Below, one piece after another: positions 1 through 9,465 of a stretch of DNA of 62,375 bases. Source of the stretch: an uncultured Verrucomicrobiota bacterium (GTDB lineage: Bacteria > Verrucomicrobiota > Verrucomicrobiia > Chthoniobacterales > SZAS-18); NCBI GenBank assembly GCA_964658285.1, contig CAZZYS010000002.1:1-62375 (forward strand). The letters are read 5' to 3'. Within the stretch, counting starts at the first letter, position 1. Each line of letters starts with the position of its first letter. A program made the position numbers and the translations under genes. The notes below the pieces were generated by a model that worked only from the letters and a program-made list of their open reading frames with translations, did no database searches and was not told the DNA's origin.

Positions 1-118
1 CCGTCCTATTTTTGGCGCGCGCCGGTTCCGTCCAAAGAACGCCCGCCTGCGACGACCCGCTTTCACGGCCAACGTCGCAGGCGGACGGCAAATGCACTTT
101 CTGGATCGTCTCCACTTC

Positions 119-628
119 CTACGGCAGTTTGGAGGCGGCGCGACGTCCGAGTTCTTCCCGGACGAGAACCCGGGCACTCCGATACCACATCTCGGCGTAC
201 CATACCTCTTCGTGGAGGCTGACTCCGGTTCGGCCAGTGATCCACGAAATCAGCTTGCGAACGCCACCTTGCGAATCGCCGTCGAGCGCCCAGGACTGAT
301 CGTCGACGCTGATTTGCACGAGGTTCAGCCAGCAGTCGTCGGGACCGCAATCTTCCGGGTGCTCCTCGTGCAGGTACAGCTTGCACATCGTCACGCCCCA
401 ATCGGGCAGCACGCCGGTCGGATAGTCACGGAGAAGAATGGCAACAAGGCGTTCCTCCTCCTCTTCGATGCGGTCGTTAGCCTCCTTGAGCAACTGCCAG
501 ATAGCCGGCGGCATGCGCGGCGGGCAAGTACCATCTGGTAACGGACCTGGCGTGACTGTAAGACCGGGAGCTTTCGGAGCCTTGGCAGCGACCAAAGCAG
601 GATCTTCGTCGTTGGAAATGTCATTCAT
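119..628 (-). CDS. hypothetical protein (island backbone)
   Basis: 169-aa ATG ORF, co-oriented with 750..1199 and 1363..1704; no recognisable motif. Confidence 0.55.
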   Translation of the reverse strand: MNDISNDEDPALVAAKAPKAPGLTVTPGPLPDGTCPPRMPPAIWQLLKEANDRIEEEEERLVAILLRDYPTGVLPDWGVTMCKLYLHEEHPEDCGPDDCWLNLVQISVDDQSWALDGDSQGGVRKLISWITGRTGVSLHEEVWYAEMWYRSARVLVREELGRRAASKLP

Positions 629-749
629 CGGTTAAAGGAAACAATTGTTGAAACGAAAAGTGAAAGGCGCGCCGCAGCACGAGGAACAACCTCGCTACGC
701 CGTTTTGAACGCGGCGGGCTGCGACGCGCCTTTTGGTTGCAAATGCTCG

Positions 750-1199
750 CTACGCCGCTTCCTGAAGGAATTGGTCGCGCGTGTCGGCGATCAGCGACGC
801 ACCCGCGTAGAGCCACTTGCGGATGGTGTCGTTGTCGGGCTGGCCCTGAGTCCGCGGGACGTCCAGCACGTCCAGTTCGTGGAGCGGCTTGTCCGGCGTC
901 CCGAAGATGAGGCGAACGCGCACTCCCATGACATCTTGGAACTGCACCAAGACATCCTCAACCTGGCGCAGGCCAGCGGCGGGGTAGCCATCGGGCCCCT
1001 CGGAGGGACCATCATCGGGGTACTGCTCTTCGGTCTGCTCGACGAGGCGCTTGAGCGCCTGCCCGCCGATCCAGACCGTGTGGTCGCCGAATGCGACGGG
1101 AGGGAGGTTGTCTTGCACGACCGTGGAGTGGTGGTCGGGCACGGTGTTAGCGACGGCCTCTCGGACTCGCTCGGCTGCTGTCATTTCTTTCTTCTTCAT
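750..1199 (-). CDS. hypothetical protein (island backbone)
   Basis: 149-aa ATG ORF with protein-like composition, in a minus-strand gene run. Confidence 0.55.
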   Translation of the reverse strand: MKKKEMTAAERVREAVANTVPDHHSTVVQDNLPPVAFGDHTVWIGGQALKRLVEQTEEQYPDDGPSEGPDGYPAAGLRQVEDVLVQFQDVMGVRVRLIFGTPDKPLHELDVLDVPRTQGQPDNDTIRKWLYAGASLIADTRDQFLQEAA

Positions 1200-1362
1200 G
1201 TTGTGGTAGGCACAAAGGCCTTTTTGTGTTTTTCTTTTTGGGTTACGCGAGTTCCGTGGACCGCTCGGACATCAGCTGATGGCGACAGCAATTCGACTGC
1301 CTTGGGATCGCCAACGACTGCACCGGCGGCACGCAGAACCCGAAAGTGTAAAGGAGGGCGGC

Positions 1363-1704
1363 CTAGCGGATGCGCTGCAACCAGTCCAGGACGTCGCTAA
1401 TGAGGAAATTCTTGGTCCGCGTCAGCTTGAGTGCGACGAGTTGGCCCCTGATCTCGGCTCGGCGAATGGTCCGTTTGGAGAAACTGGTGGCCGCGGCCAA
1501 CTCGTTGAGCGACAGCGAAAGTTTGCCCGCACCGAACAGATGCGCTGCGAGCTTCATCATGCTGTCGGCAGATGAACGCTCGGCGGCGGACGGCTGGCGC
1601 TGACGGGCCGAGCCGAGGGGAGCACTCGAGTCTTCCAGAGGATTTGCCTCTGAGCACGCGGGCGTTTGGCGGCGGGGCGCGCAGTTAGTGTTGATGGGTT
1701 TCAT
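1363..1704 (-). CDS. helix-turn-helix excisionase/AlpA-like DNA-binding protein
   Basis: C-terminal LSLNELAAATSFSKRTIRRAEIRGQLVALKLTRTKNFLISDVLDWL resembles the HTH_17/Xis winged-helix pattern. Confidence 0.7.
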   Translation of the reverse strand: MKPINTNCAPRRQTPACSEANPLEDSSAPLGSARQRQPSAAERSSADSMMKLAAHLFGAGKLSLSLNELAAATSFSKRTIRRAEIRGQLVALKLTRTKNFLISDVLDWLQRIR

Positions 1705-1876
1705 GGCTTGGATACCATGAACATCCCTCGGGGATTTATATGCGCAATATGCTCACCGCTAACATTTTACTGAACGGACAATCTCTCGTGAATCCGCTAG
1801 CTCTGCCTAGAGGGGAGGCGTTTTCTGAACGTCCAAAAAATCGTGAACGAAGAACCGCACGATGTTCTCTCCAGCC

Positions 1877-2734
1877 TTAGAGTGTCCCCTTCAACAGCAA
1901 CGCACGTTCGTCACGAGCCTCAGTGAATTCGCGATTTGTTCCGCCCGCTGCCGCCCTTTTCCTTCGTTTGGCTTCAGCGATCTTGCGTCGCTTCGTGTAA
2001 GCAACAAACTTCTCAACAGTGGGTCCGGGACTGTAAATTATTCGACCTAGCATCTTGTCGAATTCCTCGTTGTGAAGCTCCGCAAGGAGTTTCGCAAGCG
2101 ACTGAAGAGGCACGAAATAGCGCTTATTCCAATCATGGACCTGCCAAATCAAATCCAGGAAGGCCGTGAAGGCCCACTTTTTGGCATCGTCGGGAGAGGG
2201 AGCCAAGGGACAGGGACCAATGAGCGAACGATATTCGGGTGAGAGGGTGTGCTGCAAAAGGGGGATGAAGCGAGCGAGATCGTCCGGCAACTCTCGCCAC
2301 CGATAGGCTGGGTCAACTTTCTCCCCATCAAGACTCTCCTCCGCTCGGTAGACGAGAGAATCCAGCTCAATGAGCAGAAGCTTCATTCCCGGCGCTAACT
2401 TGCGGTTCTTGTAGTCCCACACCAGACGCACAAATGGGCCTCTGGGCAGTTTCGCGGCATTCTCGACCAGCGCCTTTAGTCGCTTCGAGATTTTGAGCAG
2501 GTGTTTGTCCGTGTTCAACGATTCGACGCAATTCCAAAGTGGAAACGTCTCTACGAGACCACTGTGCGGTAGGCACCTGCGAATCCAATCGGGAATCTCG
2601 AGCAGTTCGACGGGAAACGACGGATTATTAGGATTTGCAAAAGTTTTCTCTGCGATCAGTAGCAGTTCCTCCAGTCGCTCCCGATCAAGCCTCGCCTCTA
2701 ATGTTGCTTTACCCACTCTCTCATGTTCGCACAC
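1877..2734 (-). CDS. hypothetical protein
   Basis: 285-aa helical-looking ORF with a basic C-terminus; start uncertain. Confidence 0.6.
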   Translation of the reverse strand: MCEHERVGKATLEARLDRERLEELLLIAEKTFANPNNPSFPVELLEIPDWIRRCLPHSGLVETFPLWNCVESLNTDKHLLKISKRLKALVENAAKLPRGPFVRLVWDYKNRKLAPGMKLLLIELDSLVYRAEESLDGEKVDPAYRWRELPDDLARFIPLLQHTLSPEYRSLIGPCPLAPSPDDAKKWAFTAFLDLIWQVHDWNKRYFVPLQSLAKLLAELHNEEFDKMLGRIIYSPGPTVEKFVAYTKRRKIAEAKRRKRAAAGGTNREFTEARDERALLLKGTL

Positions 2735-2964
2735 CGGTCAACACTTCGACGGGCGTGGGCAGTGGTGGCCAAGGACGCACGGAGAAAATGGGGCGAAATC
2801 AGCAATTCCTCGCGCCGCGACGGCCCTTAATCATGCGCCAACTGGCATTTGAGGCGCTGGGGTATTCGATCTCGTCGCAGGTTGCGCGAGCATTTTGCGC
2901 ATCCCGAATCGAACGTGCGAATTCTGGATTGTCATACCGGATTCTGGCAGTGTAAACCATTGGC

Positions 2965-3582
2965 GTGGAAGGCAAGCACAGAAGCAGTTTCAAATCCGAA
3001 CGAATTAAGGCTCGGACTCAGGAGTTGGCCAATATGCGAGTAGCTGGCTGGCGTGTGGACGAGTCCGACACCTGCTCGGCGATCGTCGCATTCCTCGTCG
3101 ACAATAACGGGACCGTTTGCGTGAAAGCTTGGCGTGGGGCGGCCGAGAAACCGACGTTCTTTCGTCGCTACAGGCAGATGCCCGACGCAAAAGCTTGCGC
3201 AAGTGACTTTTTGCACAAGGTGGAACGGGATGAGAAATTGCGAGCCGACAAGGCAAAATCTCGAATCGACCAGAGGGCAAAACTCCGTGCTTCCGACTTC
3301 TGGGTTGTCGGAGATGTGGTCTACAATTCCTGGGGCTGGAATCAGACTAATATCCACTGGTATCAGGTGGTCGAAGTAAAGGCGAAGTCAGTTGTCATTC
3401 GTGCATTAGCGCGAAACTTTCGAGAAGCTACTCACATGATTGGTCCGAGCCAACCGCGCCGTAACGATTTCGTCGGAGGGCGAGTCCTGAAAATCCTGAA
3501 CGAGGATGGGGGGATTCCTTTCCGGTTCGGATACGGACAAAAATGGGACGGCACGGCCGTTTGGGAATCGCACGATGCGTAA
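2965..3582 (+). CDS. hypothetical mobile-element protein (GDxxYxSWGxxQTNxxxYQVV family)
   Basis: VGDVVYNSWGWNQTNIHWYQVVEV motif, which I recognise from plasmid/ICE/phage hypothetical proteins; start could be ATG 3034. Confidence 0.65.
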   Translation: MEGKHRSSFKSERIKARTQELANMRVAGWRVDESDTCSAIVAFLVDNNGTVCVKAWRGAAEKPTFFRRYRQMPDAKACASDFLHKVERDEKLRADKAKSRIDQRAKLRASDFWVVGDVVYNSWGWNQTNIHWYQVVEVKAKSVVIRALARNFREATHMIGPSQPRRNDFVGGRVLKILNEDGGIPFRFGYGQKWDGTAVWESHDA

Positions 3583-4014
3583 ATTCCTGATCATTGAGCC
3601 GTGCTCGGCAGCCACGATCACCCGGTAGCGGGATCAACACCGCAGATGTTCCCGCAGGTTTCAGCCGATAAGCAGCAACCTCGCCGTCATCCCCGGCAGC
3701 GTCAGGGGTGCGCGGTGGACGCAGGCAGGCACCCGGCTGCCGGGGTACGCGACGCCGATGCGCCAGAGATTGCCAAGGACAACCCCAACCATCCGGCGGC
3801 AGGATCAGTTTTCACCCAACGTGAACTGGTCGCACCGCACGGTTGACCTGATTCAGAAAACCAGCCGGACAGTCTGCCCTACTCCGTTTTTAGTTCCTCG
3901 ACTGTTGCGGGTTCCGTCTCCCCCGCTTCCTACCTCCGCTTTTTCTTCTCCAGACATCCGTTTACAACCGATCCGTTCTGGGATGATAATACCCGGCAAC
4001 CCTCCCGTAAGCCG

Positions 4015-7000
4015 ATGCCGACATCAGAAAGCCAACTCGAAGCGCATCTTATTGAGAAGCTCCGCAGCCTCAAATACGAGGTCCGCGCAGACATCCATGA
4101 TCGCGCCGCGATCGAGAAGAACTTCCGTCAGAAATTCGAGGCGCTTAACCGCGTGAGCCTGACTGACGCCGAGTTCGTCCGGTTGCTGGATGAAATCGTC
4201 ACGCCCGATGTCTTCGCTGCGTCGAAGACCTTGCGCAGCATCACCAGCTTCACCCGCGACGACGGCACGCCGCTGAATTACACTTTGGTCAACCTCAAGG
4301 ACTGGTGCAAAAACACTTTTGAGGTCGTCAATCAGCTGCGGATCAATACCGACCACAGCCACCACCGTTACGATGCCATCTTGCTCATCAATGGTGTGCC
4401 CGCGGTGCAGATTGAGTTGAAGACCCTCGGCATCAGCCCCCGCCGGGCCATGGAGCAGATCGTCGAATACAAACACGATCCCGGCAATGGCTACACGAAA
4501 ACACTCCTGTGCTTCATGCAGCTCTTCATCGTCAGCAATCGCGACCGCACCTACTACTTCGCGAACAACAACTCCCGCCATTTCGCCTTCAACGCCGACG
4601 AGCGCTTCCTGCCGATCTATGAGTTCGCGGATGAAGTCAATAAGAAGATCACCCACCTCGACGAGTTCGCCGGGAGTTTCCTGAAAAAGTGCGACCTCGG
4701 CCGGACCATCAGCCGCTACATGGTGCTCATCGAGAGCGAGCAAAAGCTCATGATCATGCGGCCCTACCAGGTCTACGCCGTGCAGCACATCGTGAAATGC
4801 ATCGAGGAGGATAACGGCAACGGCTTCATCTGGCACACCACCGGCAGCGGCAAGACCCTCACCTCCTTCAAGGCGTCCACGCTGCTCAAGCTGAACGACC
4901 GCATCCACAAATGCGTCTTCGTGGTGGACCGCAAGGACCTCGACCGCCAGACGCGCGAGGAGTTCAACCGCTTCCAGGAAGGTTGCGTCGAGGAAAACAC
5001 CAACACCGCCGCCCTTGTCCGTCGCCTGCTCTCCGAGGACTATGCCGACAAGGTCATCGTCACCACCATCCAGAAGCTCGGCCTCGCGCTGGATGAAACG
5101 AGCAAGCGCAACAAGCAGCGGAAAAAGAACGACCAGCCCACCTACAAGGAAATGCTGGCACCGCTGAGCGACCAGCGCATCGTCTTCATCTTCGACGAAT
5201 GCCACCGCTCGCAGTTCGGCGAGAACCACAAGGCGATCAAAGGGTTCTTTCCCAAGGCGCAGCTTTTCGGCTTCACCGGCACGCCCATCTTCGAGGCAAA
5301 CGCCTCCTTGCAAAAGATCGAGGACACCCAGGCCTCTATGCGCACCACGGCTGACCTCTTCCAGAAGCAGCTCCACGCCTACACCATTAGCGACGCCATC
5401 GAGGACGAAAACGTCCTGAAATTCCACATCGACTACTTCAAGCCCGAGGGCAAAAACCCGCCCAAGCCCGGCGAAGCCATCGCCAAGAAAGCCGTCATCG
5501 ACGCCATCCTGTCCAAGCACAATGCCGCCACCGGCGGACGCCGCTTCAATGCCGTCCTTGCGACCGCGTCGATCAATGATGCCATCGAATATTTCGCCCT
5601 CTTCGGTGAGTTGCAAAAACAGAAGGCGGAAGCAGATCCCGAGTTCACCCCGCTGAACATCGCCTGCGTCTTCTCCCCGCCGGCTCAACTTGCGGAGAAT
5701 GCCGAGGCTAAAAAGGACATCGAACAGCTCTCCGAAGACCTGCCGCAGGAGCAGGAAGACAACAAGGTCGATCCGGAAGCGAAGAAGAAGGCGCTCGAGG
5801 CCATCGTCGCGGATTACAATGCTCGCTACGGCACCAATCATCGCCTCAGCGAGTTCGATCTCTACTATCAGGATGTGCAAAAGCGCATCAAAGACCAGCA
5901 GTGGCCGGATGAGGACTTGCGGAAGGCGTTCCCAAACGTGCCTCATCACAAGATTGACATCACCATCGTGGTGGACATGCTGCTCACGGGCTTCGATTCC
6001 AAGTTCCTGAACACGCTCTACGTCGACAAGAAACTCAAGCACCACGGCTTGATCCAGGCTTTCTCCCGCACCAATCGCGTCCTCAACGGCACCAAGCCCT
6101 ACGGCAACATCCTCGACTTCCGCCAGCAGCAGGACGCCGTGGATACCGCCATCGCCCTCTTTAGCGGGGAAAAGACTGGCGAGCAGGCGCGGGAAATCTG
6201 GCTCGTGGACAAGGCCCCCGTCGTCATTCAGAAGCTGGAGACCGCCGTGCAGAAGCTAGACGGCTTCATGAAGTCCCAGGGCGTCGACTGCACACCCTCC
6301 GCCGTGGCGAATTTGAAGGGCGATGCCGCCAAGGCCGCCTTCATCACCCACTTCAAGGAAGTCCAGCGGCTCAAGACCCAGCTCGACCAATACACCGACT
6401 TGGAGCCCGAAGAGAAAAAGGCCATCGAGAAGGCGCTGCCCGAGGAAGCCCTGCGCGGTTTCAAAGGCCAGTATCTGGAAACGGCCAAGAAGCTTAAAGA
6501 GCAGAAGGGCAAGACTGGCGGCAAAGACCACCCCACTGACGACCCCGTCGACCAGATCGATTTCGAGTTCGTCCTCTTCTCCTCCGCCGTCATTGATTAC
6601 GATTACATCATGGGCCTCATCGCCAAGTTCTCGGAGAAAGGGCCGGGCAAGTCGAAGATGACCCGCGAGGAACTCATCGGGCTCATCAGCGCCGACGCCA
6701 AGTTCATGAACGAGCGCGACGACATCGCCGAATACATCGGCACGCTCAAGGCGGGCGAAGGCCTCAGCGAAACCGCCATCCGCGACGGCTACACCCGCTT
6801 CAAGGCGGAGAAGAACGCCAAGGAACTCGCCGCCGTCGCCGCGCGGCACGGCCTCGCCACAGCCGCCCTGCAAACTTTCGTGGACGGCATCCTCGACCGC
6901 TACATCTTCGATGGCGAGCAGCTCAGCGACCTCATGGCCCCGCTCGACCTCGGCTGGAAAGCCCGCACCCAGGCCGAACTTGCCCTCATGGCTGATCTGC

Positions 7001-7065
7001 ATCCCTTCCTCACCAAACGCGCCGGTGGCCGCGACATCTCAGGACTCAGTGCGTATGAGCAGTAA
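4015..7065 (+). CDS. hsdR: type I restriction enzyme, restriction subunit R
   Basis: 1016 aa; nuclease motif D..L..NG.P..QIELK, Walker A HTTGSGKT, DECHR, FTGTP, LLTGFD, QAFSRTNR. Confidence 0.96.
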   Translation: MPTSESQLEAHLIEKLRSLKYEVRADIHDRAAIEKNFRQKFEALNRVSLTDAEFVRLLDEIVTPDVFAASKTLRSITSFTRDDGTPLNYTLVNLKDWCKNTFEVVNQLRINTDHSHHRYDAILLINGVPAVQIELKTLGISPRRAMEQIVEYKHDPGNGYTKTLLCFMQLFIVSNRDRTYYFANNNSRHFAFNADERFLPIYEFADEVNKKITHLDEFAGSFLKKCDLGRTISRYMVLIESEQKLMIMRPYQVYAVQHIVKCIEEDNGNGFIWHTTGSGKTLTSFKASTLLKLNDRIHKCVFVVDRKDLDRQTREEFNRFQEGCVEENTNTAALVRRLLSEDYADKVIVTTIQKLGLALDETSKRNKQRKKNDQPTYKEMLAPLSDQRIVFIFDECHRSQFGENHKAIKGFFPKAQLFGFTGTPIFEANASLQKIEDTQASMRTTADLFQKQLHAYTISDAIEDENVLKFHIDYFKPEGKNPPKPGEAIAKKAVIDAILSKHNAATGGRRFNAVLATASINDAIEYFALFGELQKQKAEADPEFTPLNIACVFSPPAQLAENAEAKKDIEQLSEDLPQEQEDNKVDPEAKKKALEAIVADYNARYGTNHRLSEFDLYYQDVQKRIKDQQWPDEDLRKAFPNVPHHKIDITIVVDMLLTGFDSKFLNTLYVDKKLKHHGLIQAFSRTNRVLNGTKPYGNILDFRQQQDAVDTAIALFSGEKTGEQAREIWLVDKAPVVIQKLETAVQKLDGFMKSQGVDCTPSAVANLKGDAAKAAFITHFKEVQRLKTQLDQYTDLEPEEKKAIEKALPEEALRGFKGQYLETAKKLKEQKGKTGGKDHPTDDPVDQIDFEFVLFSSAVIDYDYIMGLIAKFSEKGPGKSKMTREELIGLISADAKFMNERDDIAEYIGTLKAGEGLSETAIRDGYTRFKAEKNAKELAAVAARHGLATAALQTFVDGILDRYIFDGEQLSDLMAPLDLGWKARTQAELALMADLHPFLTKRAGGRDISGLSAYEQ

Positions 7066-8386
7066 GACGAAAACCACCGCCACGAACGAAGAGGTAGCGC
7101 CAGCGATGGTGCCGAAGCTACGGTTTCCGGAGTTTCGTGGGGCTGGAGACTGGACAACGAAAACGCTTGGATCAGTCGCTAAAATCAGCACCGAGAAAGT
7201 GGGAGATAACACCTGCATTCCCATGAGCATCACCTCTGGCGTTGGTTTGGTCAGCCAGATGGATAAGTTCGGACGCATCATCGCCGGAAGCTCATATGCC
7301 AACTACCTCCTGCTGAAGAAGAACGACTTCGCCTACAACAAGAGCGCCACCAAGGAGTACCCCGAGGGATTCATTGCGCTGTATTCCGGCGACGAGCTGG
7401 CCGCTGTGCCAAACAGCATTTTCACCTGTTTTCGCATCAAGGGCGAGTCGCCGGTTCCGCAATATCTGAACTACCTGTTTCTCGGCAATCTGCATGGCCG
7501 GTGGTTGCGGAATTTCATTGAAGTCGGTGCTCGTGCTCACGGGTCGCTGAGCATCGCCGAGGACGATTTACTTGCTTTGCCCGTGCCGCTGCCGAGCGGG
7601 AAAGCGTCCGTTCGTGAACAACAAAAAGTCGCTGAGTGCCTGAGTTCGGTGGACGAGCTGATGGCGGCGCAAGCGCGCAAAGTGGACGCACTCAAGACCC
7701 ACAAAAAAGGGCTGATGCAGCAGCTTTTCACCCGCGAAGGCGAAACCCAACCCCGCCTCCGCTTCCCCGAATTCCAAAACGCCGGGGAATGGGAGGTGAA
7801 ACGAACCGATGAACGAGGAAACGTGCTCGCGGGCAAGGCGTTGGCAGTCAATGCGCCTGGCCCGCTTCGACCCTACCTTCGAACGAAGAACGTCTTGGAC
7901 GGTGCAATTGCCCTATCAGACGTGCTGACGATGCCCATGACCGACGCTGAGTTCAGTCGATTCGAAATTCTCGATGGGGACGTTTTGTTGAACGAAGGGC
8001 AATCATTGGAACTCGTGGGTCGTGCTTCGATCTACCGCGGCGAGCTCGGTCAACGCTGCGCGATGCAGAACCAGTTAATTCGCTTCCGGGCTTACACTTC
8101 AACGTGCCCGGAGTTCGCTGCACAAGCATTTCGGCAATACCAGAAAGACGGGACCTTTGCGAGCATTGCGACACAAACAACCTCAGTCGCTCATCTTGGC
8201 AGTTCGAGGTTCAGTGCCCTTGCGTTGCCGTGGCCACCCTCCCTCGCCGAACAACAACGCATCGCCGCGTGCCTGCACAACCTCGACGCCCTGATCACCG
8301 CCGAAACCCAAAAGCTCGAAGCGTTCAAGACCCACAAAAAAGGCCTGATGCAGCAGCTTTTCCCATCCCCGGAGGCTAACCCATGA
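7055..8386 (+). CDS. hsdS: type I restriction enzyme, specificity subunit S
   Basis: ATG 7055 overlaps the end of hsdR; PKLRFPEF / PRLRFPEF and duplicated EQQ..A..L...D.L...KTHKKGLMQQLF segments flank two TRDs. Confidence 0.93.
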   Translation: MSSKTKTTATNEEVAPAMVPKLRFPEFRGAGDWTTKTLGSVAKISTEKVGDNTCIPMSITSGVGLVSQMDKFGRIIAGSSYANYLLLKKNDFAYNKSATKEYPEGFIALYSGDELAAVPNSIFTCFRIKGESPVPQYLNYLFLGNLHGRWLRNFIEVGARAHGSLSIAEDDLLALPVPLPSGKASVREQQKVAECLSSVDELMAAQARKVDALKTHKKGLMQQLFTREGETQPRLRFPEFQNAGEWEVKRTDERGNVLAGKALAVNAPGPLRPYLRTKNVLDGAIALSDVLTMPMTDAEFSRFEILDGDVLLNEGQSLELVGRASIYRGELGQRCAMQNQLIRFRAYTSTCPEFAAQAFRQYQKDGTFASIATQTTSVAHLGSSRFSALALPWPPSLAEQQRIAACLHNLDALITAETQKLEAFKTHKKGLMQQLFPSPEANP

Positions 8387-9462
8387 CGCACGCCGAGATT
8401 GCAGAGGCGCTGAAAGCGGGTGACGAGAAGATTGTCCTAGCCTACGCGTTCAACGCCACCGGAAAGACCCGGTTGTGCGTTGCCTACAAGGACGCGACAA
8501 AGGAAGTGGGAGGAACCCACACGGGAGTCTATTACAACGCCTACAGCGAGGACCTATTTGTTTGGGACAACGACGAGGAGAGCGAGGGGCAAAATATACG
8601 TCTGACCATCCGGCCAAGCAGCCTTAGTGGGTATCACTCATCTCTCACGGAAGACAATGTGAGGGATCGATTGAACGCCTACAAACCCAAGTTCGGATTC
8701 CGGTTCAATCCGTATGAAGACGATACGTCGAAGGGGATTGAATCGGTCTCATTCTTTATCCCCAACCAGAACCCCGACGTTCCACAGCCGTCGATCAAAA
8801 TTTCACGAGGCGAAGAGCGCATCTTCGTCTGGTGCTTCTTTCTGGCGCTGTTCGAGTTTGCGGGGTGGGGGGATGATCAAGCGGGCCACTTCTTCATAGA
8901 TGACCCTGTTTCGAGTCTGGATGACCATAACATCTTCATCACTGCTGAGACGCTGTTTGAACTGATCGAGAGGTATCACCCAAAACGCAAACTCATCATT
9001 ACGACCCATCATGTGGGGCTTTTCTCGATTCTTTGCGGCTGGCTCCGAAAAGGCGATCAGAAGGAAAAATACAAGGACATCGTCAAGATATGCATCCTTA
9101 GCGGCAAGACGGGCAGCTTATCTCTAGAGACAGACAAGAAAGACGTTCAGCTCTACCACCTTCGCCTGTTACAAGTATTGGAGCAGGCACGAAAGGCGGA
9201 CGATTTGCGGGCTTATCATTTTGCACTGCTTCGGCAAGTCCTTGAGAACATTGCATCGTTCCTAGGCAAAGGTCAGTTCGGATATGTGCTCGCTCAGATC
9301 GGCATCGTCGACCCGAACGACACTGCGGACATCATCAACACCCTGTCGCACAAGAAGGTCTATTACTACGAGACAGACCTTCTTGTGCCCGATAGACGCG
9401 TAATGCTTGAGAACGTCCTGATCAAACTCCAAGACAAATATAAATTCGCGCTGCACGCGTAA
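8383..9462 (+). CDS. prrC: PrrC-type anticodon nuclease (ABC-ATPase + HEPN)
   Basis: YAFNATGKTRL P-loop, YYNAYSEDLFVWDND PrrC box, IKISRGEE signature, FIDDPVSSLD, ITTHH, and C-terminal RxxxE (RQVLE) and NxxxH (NTLSH); embedded in a type I R-M locus. Confidence 0.88.
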   Translation: MTHAEIAEALKAGDEKIVLAYAFNATGKTRLCVAYKDATKEVGGTHTGVYYNAYSEDLFVWDNDEESEGQNIRLTIRPSSLSGYHSSLTEDNVRDRLNAYKPKFGFRFNPYEDDTSKGIESVSFFIPNQNPDVPQPSIKISRGEERIFVWCFFLALFEFAGWGDDQAGHFFIDDPVSSLDDHNIFITAETLFELIERYHPKRKLIITTHHVGLFSILCGWLRKGDQKEKYKDIVKICILSGKTGSLSLETDKKDVQLYHLRLLQVLEQARKADDLRAYHFALLRQVLENIASFLGKGQFGYVLAQIGIVDPNDTADIINTLSHKKVYYYETDLLVPDRRVMLENVLIKLQDKYKFALHA

Positions 9463-9465
9463 ACC

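Noticed and set aside
3601-3900. Short ORFs or a decayed gene upstream of hsdR
   Set aside because: Multiple stops on the minus strand and no identifiable family on either strand.
4024-6045. 673-aa antisense ORF and similar long shadow ORFs (e.g. 36441..38141, 50699..52717, 44350..45483, 30646..32085)
   Set aside because: They lie opposite well-supported genes, lack motifs and are expected from high-GC codon bias.
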